Source: Limnothrix sp. BL-A-16 (GTDB lineage: Bacteria; Cyanobacteriota; Cyanobacteriia; CACIAM-69d). From it: DNA of 64,000 bases. The notes beneath the pieces are model-generated. The model was given only the letters and a program-made list of their open reading frames with translations, did not search any database and had not been told where the DNA came from. The stretch covers positions 2,816,001-2,880,000 of the forward strand of contig CP166615.1 of NCBI GenBank assembly GCA_041937175.2, given 5' to 3'. Of the stretch, positions 42,594 through 50,800 are shown piece after piece; the first letter of the stretch is position 1, and the number at the start of each line of letters is the position of its first letter. The position numbers and the translations under genes were made by a program.

Positions 42594-43338
42594 AACGTTG
42601 AACCAGAATCAGTGTGACATCATCATCGGTGCGCTGGGCAATTCGATCGGACTCCAAAAACGCCCGCAGCCGATCGATCACGACGGCCAGGTCTTCGCTT
42701 TGGGCTAAAAACCGAAACAGAGGCTGAAAAAACGGCTGAAAAGGCGATTGATCGGGTTCCTGTAAGGCCAGACGCTGCAAACCATCGGAAAATAGCGCGA
42801 GAGACTGCCAATCACCAAGCCAAGTGACCAACTGGGGCGATCGGGCGGCCCCTGGTTCCTGCAAAAATCGAGTTTCGTTGGCAAATTCTCCCTGTTCCGG
42901 CTGCGTGAGCGTTTGCCAATTGCCCTGGGCATCTTGAATCACCACTGCCCCATCGCCAATTTGGGCGATCGCCAATCCCGTGGGTAGGGCCACCGCCACC
43001 ACCAACGTACAAGCTAGCTCTCGCAGGGCTAAATCCCGATCGCGCGCTGCCCGATCGACCGCCCACTGCGCCGCCCGCACCACCGCCCGCAACAAGGGCA
43101 ACCAATCCGCCACCGATCGGGGCGATCGCCGCCGCTGCCAACGGGGCAACAGCGTTAAAACCGTTTCTACCGCCACCTGGGCCCCCAAATCGGAGGCACT
43201 GGCCGATCCGGCCCCATCAGCCACCACCGCAAATCCTGCCCGATCGCCCAAGGCCCAACCGCTGGCATCTTGGCAAGGTTCCGCCGCCCGCCGATGCCGA
43301 CTACCCGCCACCGACAGGGCGATCGATGCCATCCGCAT
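42583..43338 (-). CDS. PP2C-family Ser/Thr phosphatase (YegK/PphC-like)
   Basis: GSRH...PCQD, VADGAGSA, IGDG, GEFANETRF, SDGLQ, TDDDVT. Confidence 0.88.
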   Translation of the reverse strand: MRMASIALSVAGSRHRRAAEPCQDASGWALGDRAGFAVVADGAGSASASDLGAQVAVETVLTLLPRWQRRRSPRSVADWLPLLRAVVRAAQWAVDRAARDRDLALRELACTLVVAVALPTGLAIAQIGDGAVVIQDAQGNWQTLTQPEQGEFANETRFLQEPGAARSPQLVTWLGDWQSLALFSDGLQRLALQEPDQSPFQPFFQPLFRFLAQSEDLAVVIDRLRAFLESDRIAQRTDDDVTLILVQRLVD

Positions 43339-43397
43339 CGATTCCAGTTGCACTTCCAGTTGCAGCGCTGCAACTTCCTGACCAGTGACGCTCAATC

Positions 43398-44711
43398 CTA
43401 ACTCCTGTCTACACAAACCAGCGGCAACTCAATCATAAAGGTTGTGCCCACCCCCAACTGGGACTCCAACCACAATCGACCGCCATGCTTTTCTTCAATC
43501 ACTTGTCGAGCCAGGGTTAAGCCCAAGCCGGTTCCTTTGCCCACCAATTTGGTCGTAAATAAATGCTCAAAAATCTGGCTTTGTAGCTCCTCAGCAATGC
43601 CGCGTCCATTGTCTTGAATGGCTAGACGAACCGATTTTTGATCCGCCGAGAGGGCAGTGGTGATGGTAATTTGGGGCGGATGTTCGCTGAGTTCTTGAAA
43701 GTTATGATCTTGACAAGCTTCATCTAGCTCATCGATCGCATTCGCCAGCAAATTCATAAATACCTGATTCAATTGACCGGCAAAACATTCTACTTCAGGC
43801 ACATCGCCATAATTTTTAACCACCTGAATGGCCGGCCGATGATCATGGGATTTCAAGCGATGTTTGAGCAATAAAATAGTGCTGTCCAGTCCATCTTGCA
43901 AATCAAAACCAACGGGATATTCACTATCCAATCGCGAGAAAGTTCTTAAGCTATCACTAATCGTTTTAATGCGATCGATTCCCTGATTCATCGACTCCAA
44001 AAGCTTGGGCAAGTCCTGGCGAATAAATTCTAAATCCACCTCTTCAATGAGTTGTTGCACCTGCTGATGGGGATCGGGGTGATATTCCGCATAGGCATTC
44101 AACAGGGCAAACAGATCCTCCAGATGCTCCAATGCAGGGCGAATATTGCCCTTTAAAAACCCCAAAGGATTATTAATTTCATGGGCCACCCCGGCGACCA
44201 AATTCCCCAGGGCCGACATTTTTTCACTTTGCACCAGTTGAATTTGGGCCTGCTGAAGCTGTTCTACCACCTGTTCGAGGGTCGTGGACTTTTCTAAAAG
44301 CTGAGCTTCGGATTCTTGCAAGCGTCGTTCGGCCATCACTCGATCGGTCACATCTTGGGCGATCGAATAAATGGATAGCATCCGGCCTTCATCATCAAAA
44401 ACCGGTGTGTTAATCCATTCACAGATAATGACACTGCCGTTTTTGCAAATATTTTCGTTCTGACAAACGATCGTTTTTCGTTCCTGTAAAAGGGCCTCCA
44501 TCAGCGGTTTAATTTCTATTTGTACGGCTGGCGACACGATACGGCTAACCGGTTGCAGGTAAATTTCTTCCGCAGCGTAGCCAAAAATTTCTTCAGCAGC
44601 CGGGTTCCAACTGAGCACACAGAAATCTTGGTTCCATTCAATCAGCGCTAAAGGAGTTTGCTGAATCAGGAAACTGAGTTTTTCAGTGATTCCAAGAAAC
44701 TGGTTTGACAT
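43398..44711 (-). CDS. PAS-domain sensor histidine kinase
   Basis: PAS (WNPAAEEIFGY, QDVTDR), SEKMSALGNLVAGVAHEINNP, NQVFMNLLANAID, DNGRGI, GKGTGLGL. ATG 44711 preferred because the longer ORF starts inside a MITE. Confidence 0.9.
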   Translation of the reverse strand: MSNQFLGITEKLSFLIQQTPLALIEWNQDFCVLSWNPAAEEIFGYAAEEIYLQPVSRIVSPAVQIEIKPLMEALLQERKTIVCQNENICKNGSVIICEWINTPVFDDEGRMLSIYSIAQDVTDRVMAERRLQESEAQLLEKSTTLEQVVEQLQQAQIQLVQSEKMSALGNLVAGVAHEINNPLGFLKGNIRPALEHLEDLFALLNAYAEYHPDPHQQVQQLIEEVDLEFIRQDLPKLLESMNQGIDRIKTISDSLRTFSRLDSEYPVGFDLQDGLDSTILLLKHRLKSHDHRPAIQVVKNYGDVPEVECFAGQLNQVFMNLLANAIDELDEACQDHNFQELSEHPPQITITTALSADQKSVRLAIQDNGRGIAEELQSQIFEHLFTTKLVGKGTGLGLTLARQVIEEKHGGRLWLESQLGVGTTFMIELPLVCVDRS

Positions 44712-44755
44712 GACAGTCAGTTGTTGAATGGAAAGACAATTAGCAATCTTGCTTA

Positions 44756-44878
44756 GTGGATGTCTGAAAAGCATCTTGGATTCTTTGCCAAGCACCAATC
44801 ATCACGAAGGCAAGGGGCTTAAGCCCCTTGTTTGCGATGACACCTGAAAGGAGTAGCTATGGCTTTTCAGACATCTAC
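44756..44878. mobile_element. MITE-like element, family A (123 bp)
   Basis: TTA-GTGGATGTCTGAAAAG ... CTTTTCAGACATCTAC-TTA; core palindrome at 44811-44830. Confidence 0.8.
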
Positions 44879-44894
44879 TTAGGGATAACTCTTA

Positions 44895-45025
44895 GAGGAT
44901 GTTTGAAAAGTATCTTTTGGCCTGTGCCAAACACCAATGGTTGTGGGAGCAAGGGGCTTAAGCCCCTTGTCTACGTCGATCACTGGAGCGGACAGAGTAG
45001 CAATTTTGGCTTTTCAGACATCCTC
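44895..45025. mobile_element. MITE-like element, family A (131 bp)
   Basis: TTA-GAGGATGTTTGAAAAG ... CTTTTCAGACATCCTC-TTA; core palindrome at 44950-44969. Confidence 0.85.
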
Positions 45026-45441
45026 TTAGCAAGCTACCCAAACACTAAACATCAAACAATCAGCCTAGGGCAGACCACAATTATGAATATCTGCATCGGA
45101 TTGGATATTTATGAGGAGCGCCAAAAGATTAGAAATTTAAATTTGAGCTGCAAAATGTGCAAATAGCGCCAAGTCTTCTTCAATGTTAACGGATGATCTG
45201 AATGGCCGCCGTAAATTTGTGATGTTTGTAGTTAAAGTTTCGATAATGCATCATCACAAATTAATCCCCTGCCTTAGCTGCCGATCAGTGTTGCGTTAAA
45301 GTTCTGAATTAATTTTTCTCAATTTTGCGCCAAAAATCAGCAGGGATGCGATTAGCACGCAATCTCGACTTCATTCGGGTCAAGGCGCATTCATTCGCCT
45401 TGAAGATTCATCTAAGGCGATCGCCCGTTCCAGCGGTTCTA

Positions 45442-45583
45442 GGGCCTGTCGTCATTTCCTGGAACCTAGTAAAAACGGTTGATCTTGCATACCCTAACCG
45501 CCCTAAACAAGGGGCTTAAGACCCTTGCTCCCCACGATCGGTTAACGGCAGATCGTGGGTTTCGTGCTCAACGACGACCCCCC
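45442..45583. mobile_element. MITE-like element, family B (142 bp)
   Basis: TA-GGGCCTGTCGTCATTTCCTG ... GACGACCCCCC-TA; core CAAGGGGCTTAAGACCCTTG at 45508-45527. Confidence 0.78.
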
Positions 45584-45597
45584 TAAACCGATTTTGC

Positions 45598-47520
45598 CTA
45601 GACCAATCGCGATTGGCGATAGAACTGCACCCGATCGCGCAGGGTATTGGCCGGGGTTTCTTGGCTCCAATGTTCCACCAAGGCATGGCCCAAGGCCCAG
45701 GCTTCCTGCTCCGGCGGTTGTTTGTTGTCGGTCACTAACGGCCACAGGGACAGCCAATCTAAATTGCGCGATCGCGCTTCGCCGTCCAAGCGGGCTGTTG
45801 GTTGCAGTAGGCTAAACAGGTCGTAGGCCAGTTGCAGTTTGCCAACCACCAAGGGTAATTGCTCGATCGGGATGCGCTCGGCCAGCAGATAGGCCAAGGT
45901 TGGAGAGCCGGTCATCACCCGCGAAATCAGTTGCAGAACAGGGCTTTTGAGAAACAGGGCCAGCCCTTGGGCGGTGGACATTTGGAACACATATTTATCA
46001 ATGATGCAAGCGGCGGCCGTGGCGCGGGCTTCCCGATCGCGCAGAAAGCGGGCCAGGCGCAGTTCCTGGGCTGGGCCGATCGCCTCTAGCAAAGCGAGGG
46101 AGAGGGTTTCCAGGCCCCAGGGCCCCCGTTCCCCCAACACCACGGGCAAGAATTGATCGCAATGGGCCCCCAGTAACTCAGCGCGATATTGCACAGCTTC
46201 TCGAATCGACTGCTCCTTGGGTCGATCGCCTCCCAGCCAGTCGTAGGGCGGTTGCCACTCTCGCAGGGGCCGCAAGCGATCCACCTGGGAAATGACCCCA
46301 ATCACCGGGGCTGTTACCCCAGCGGCCTGCAAATCCCGCAAACAGTCCAAATCCATCTGTAATGCCGGATCCAGCGCTGGAGTCACCAACAGGATCAAAT
46401 CTGCGGCCCGAGCGGCCGCCCGGGCTTGCTCTCCGGCCGTTGGGTTGCCCGCCTGTTCGTAGCCCGGTGAGTCCCATAGCCGCAACTGATCGCCCGTAGC
46501 GGCCACCCACTCATAGCTCACCACCCGATCCGTGTTGGGTAGCACATCCGTTTCCGCCAACTCCGCCGCAAACAGCCCATTCACCAAACTACTTTTGCCA
46601 GCTCCCGTTCGCCCCAACAGCAACACATTCACCACGGCGGTGGCGATCGCCTCTTCCGGTTCCGCTTGGGCAATCAAGGCTTGCAGAGTTTCGGTTTGGG
46701 CCTGGGGAATGGGTGAGGCGATCGGGGCGAAATTCTCCGGCGGCAACCCGGCCCCGCCGTACAGGGCGATCGCCTGGCGCGCCAAATTCCGCAAAGCCGC
46801 TTCCCGCAACACTTGCCCCAAATTCGCCAACAGGGCGCGATCGGCCCGATTGCTGGAGCCTTGGGTGATCGTTCGAGCCACCGCCGCCACCGGATTCAAA
46901 AACCACTGGGCCCACTGCCAAGCCCGAAACGCCTTGCGCATGGAAGGCTCCAGCTTTTGATACAGCGTATAGGTCTCATAGGCTTGGCCCACGGTCACCT
47001 GGCCCAAAACCGGCTCCAGTTGCTGCATCCAGCGATCCAAATCATCCACCGTCCCCCGCATTAACCGATAGGCTTGGGGCACATAGATACTGAGCAAGGG
47101 ATAGCTGGACTCCGGGTAATAGGCCCGAGCCACCGCCGTTGTTAAGCTCAAACAGCGCTGCCAAAACTGATCCCAATTTTCCCAAGGGGCCGGGTCGTTT
47201 TGGGAAGCTTGCAACAGTTCCGTCAAGGCCACTTCCGCCCGCGCCAACGCGCCTTCATTCACCGGCACAGCAGCCCCGCCCCGTTTTTCCCAATCCGCCA
47301 ACCCCGCCGAGGCGATCGCCGCTTCCACTTGTCCCACCATGGATTTTGTCCAGTGCACCAGCAACCAGCGCCAGCCCACCAGCACCAGCGTAAACAGCCC
47401 CCAAATCCAACTTAAGCCCCAAGCGTGCAACTGGGAGCCGGCCGCCCACAGCACCACTCCCACCATCACCACCAACGGCAGCGCCAACACCACCCACTGC
47501 CACCGCGCCAGTCGCACCAT
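45598..47520 (-). CDS. membrane-anchored GTPase-domain protein (Era/YeeP-like P-loop)
   Basis: Two N-terminal TM helices; GRTGAGKSS (G1), DSPG (G3), SQVD (G4-like). Confidence 0.82.
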   Translation of the reverse strand: MVRLARWQWVVLALPLVVMVGVVLWAAGSQLHAWGLSWIWGLFTLVLVGWRWLLVHWTKSMVGQVEAAIASAGLADWEKRGGAAVPVNEGALARAEVALTELLQASQNDPAPWENWDQFWQRCLSLTTAVARAYYPESSYPLLSIYVPQAYRLMRGTVDDLDRWMQQLEPVLGQVTVGQAYETYTLYQKLEPSMRKAFRAWQWAQWFLNPVAAVARTITQGSSNRADRALLANLGQVLREAALRNLARQAIALYGGAGLPPENFAPIASPIPQAQTETLQALIAQAEPEEAIATAVVNVLLLGRTGAGKSSLVNGLFAAELAETDVLPNTDRVVSYEWVAATGDQLRLWDSPGYEQAGNPTAGEQARAAARAADLILLVTPALDPALQMDLDCLRDLQAAGVTAPVIGVISQVDRLRPLREWQPPYDWLGGDRPKEQSIREAVQYRAELLGAHCDQFLPVVLGERGPWGLETLSLALLEAIGPAQELRLARFLRDREARATAAACIIDKYVFQMSTAQGLALFLKSPVLQLISRVMTGSPTLAYLLAERIPIEQLPLVVGKLQLAYDLFSLLQPTARLDGEARSRNLDWLSLWPLVTDNKQPPEQEAWALGHALVEHWSQETPANTLRDRVQFYRQSRLV

Positions 47521-47834
47521 TGCCGCCAACTCCCAAGGCTACGGCTCCCATTCTAGAAACCGAAAGTGGCGATCGACCAAGCTTTTTTATCATTAGTGAG
47601 AAAGGGCTGCGAAATTATCGCCCCACGGCAGTCGTTAATTGTTCGATCGGGAAAAGCGATCGGGGCGATCGGTTGACCAAACAGCAAGATCAGGAGATCG
47701 TCATAGCCCTAAAAATATTGAGATTGGCATCTCACAGAGAGAAATTGCTAAGCTAGATACCTTGATTGCTTGACGATTCAATCAATTAGGAACCCAAAAA
47801 CGCCTAATTACGGCTAAATAACGGATCAACTCAT

Positions 47835-50800
47835 ATGCCCGCACTGAAAACCTCTTCAACGAATTCTTCTCCTGAAATTCCTGGATATGGAATCATTGAG
47901 CAGATTCATCATGGGTCACGCACATCCGTTTATCGCGCCGTGCAGCACAGCAATCAGCAAATCGTTATCTTAAAAGTCCTACATTCAAACTATCCCACCT
48001 TTGGTGAATTAATTCAGTTTCAAAATCAATACACAATCACTCAAAATCTTGACGTTTCAGGAATTGTGAAACCCCTGGGACTAAAGCCCATTGGCAATAG
48101 CTATACCCTGGTCATGGAAGACTGTGGTAGCATCTCTCTTCAGCAATATTGTCGGCAACAACAACTCAAGCTGATTGATGTGCTAACAATTGCTCTGAAA
48201 ATGACTACCATTCTTCAAGAGCTACACCAACAACGAGTTATTCATAAAGATGTTAAACCTGCCAATATTCTTATTCATCCCCAATCGAAAGAAATCAAAT
48301 TAATTGACTTTAGCATCGCCTCTTTACTACCCAAAGAGACACAAGAAATCCAGAATCCAAACGTCCTCGAAGGAACCCTTGCTTATCTGGCACCAGAGCA
48401 AACTGGGCGGATGAATCGAGGCATCGACTACCGCGCCGACTTCTACGCCTTGGGCGTGACGTTGTATCAACTCCTCAGTGGCCAACTACCATTTGAATCC
48501 GATGATCCAATGGAGTTGGTGCATTGCCACATCGCTAAAGTACCTGTGCCCGTTGAACAAATCAATCCAGCGATTCCAAAGACCGTAGGGGCGATTGTTG
48601 CTAAGTTAATGGCCAAAAATGCGGAAGATCGCTATCAAAGTGCCCTAGGACTAAAACATGATTTGCAACAATGTTTAACCCAATGGCAGGAAACAGGTGC
48701 TGTCACTGATTTTGAATTGGGTCAGCGGGATTTGAGCGATCGCTTTCTGATTCCCGAAAAACTCTATGGCCGCGAAACCGAGGTTCAAGCATTGCTGAAT
48801 GCCTTCGATCGCGTTTCTCAGGGCACCTCAGAACTCATGCTGGTGGCTGGATTTTCTGGAATTGGTAAAACTGCTGTAGTGAACGAAGTTCACAAGCCAA
48901 TTACCCAGCAAAAGGGCTATTTCATTAAGGGAAAATTTGACCAATTCAATCGTAATATTCCCCTGCTGGCATTTGTACAAGCCTTACGCGACTTGATGGG
49001 GCAGCTTTTATCAGAATCCGATGCGCAATTAGCCCAATGGAAGATCAAGATTCTCGAAGCAGTCGGTAACAATGGTCAAGTTCTGATTGATTTAATTCCT
49101 GAGCTGGAACAGATCATTGGATTGCAACCCCCTGCCCCCGAGCTTTCTGGCGAAGCCGCCCAAAATCGCTTTAACCGTCTATTTCAAAACTTCATTCGAG
49201 TTTTTGCTAAGCCCGAGCATCCCCTTGTCATTTTTATCGATGACCTGCAATGGGCTGACTCCACTTCTTTGAGTGTGATGCAAAACTTGTTGACGGAAGC
49301 TTGCTCCCATGCTCAGTGTCTTTTGGTTTTGGGAGCCTATCGAGATAATGAAGTGCTTCCTGGTCATCCCTTTTTAATCACTGTTAAGGCCTTAGAAAGT
49401 GCCCATATTCCCCTGGAAACCCTCATTCTCGGCCCCTTGAGTGAGGAGAGCCTAAACCAGTTAATTGCTGATACTTTCCGAGCCACCAGCAGCAAAGTAC
49501 AGCCCTTAACCCATCTGGTTATGCAAAAGACCCAGGGCAATCCATTCTTTGCGACCCAATTCCTCAAAGCGCTACACCAAGATCATCTCATTACCTTCGA
49601 TCGGGAAGCGGGTCACTGGCAATGCGACTTAGTGCAGGTACAAGATGCGGCCCTAACCGATGACGTGGTGGAGTTCATGGCCTTGCAATTGCAGAAATTA
49701 CCCATAGCTACACAAGAGCAGCTTAAATTTGCAGCCTGTGTCGGGGCCAGATTTGACCTCAAAACCTTGGCAATTGTGTCAGAACAGAGCGAAATTCAAG
49801 CGGCTTCAGCCCTATGGTCAGCGCTGCAAGAGGGGTTGATTTTGCCGGAGGGCAAAATTTATAAGTTCTACGCGGATCGCGATTCATCCCAGGTCGATCA
49901 ATCTTGGGGTGAAGAGATTTCTGGGCAAATTCAGTACCGCTTTTTTCATGATCGGGTGCAACAGGCCGCCTACTCACTGATTCCTGAAGATCAAAAACAG
50001 GTCACTCACCTGAAGATGGGTCAGTTACTCCAAAGCCGTTTGTCGGCAGCCGAGCGCGAGGAAAAACTGTTTGATATTGTCGGCCATTTGAACCTAGGGC
50101 ATCGATTATTAAGTCAGCAACATGAGCGGGAGTCTTTGATTCGCCTCAATCTTGCCGCAATCGAAAAGGCTAAAAAGGCAACCGCTTACGGTGTGGCTCA
50201 GGATCTCGTAACGATCGGGCTGGAATTACTTTCAGAAGAACCGTGGCAAAACCAGTATGAGTTGAGCTTAAAGCTCCATCAAATGGCTGCTGATGTGGCC
50301 TGTTTAAAGACCGATTTTGAGGAAGCAATCACCCAAGTTCAACAGGTTTTAGATCAGGCCCAGACGGTCTTGGATAAAGTGCCCGTTTACATGGTGAAAA
50401 TCAGGGTTTTGACGGCTCAGGATCGGTTAGCAGAGACGCTCGCCGTTGCGGCCCAAGCCATCACTCAATTAGGGGTCGAGTTTCCCTCAGAGATCACATC
50501 AAACATCAGCGCCCAAGCTGTGCAAAGGGCAGAGATCGAGTTAGAAGGGAAAGTGATTGAGAATTTGATCAACTTGCCCGTCATGGATGACCCAACCATC
50601 ATTGCTGCCATGGAATTGTTGGGAATGATCATGCCAGCGGTATTTCTTGCCAACCCCACATTGCTGCCCTTTGTTTGCGCCAAAATTGTGAGTCTGTCGC
50701 TCCAGTTTGGCAATGCGCCTGTTTCAAGTGTTGGCTATGCCACCTACGGCTTGGTTTTAGCCACGGGATTGGGTCAGGTCGATCGGGGCTATCGCCTGGG

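Noticed and set aside
44828..45166. 112-aa ORF upstream of the PAS kinase
   Set aside because: Runs through two MITE copies; no transposase or other motif.
3381..45527. Possible CRISPR array from the recurring palindrome or the 14-16 bp tandem repeats
   Set aside because: Palindrome copies are dispersed over kilobases, tandem repeats lack unique spacers, and no cas genes are present.
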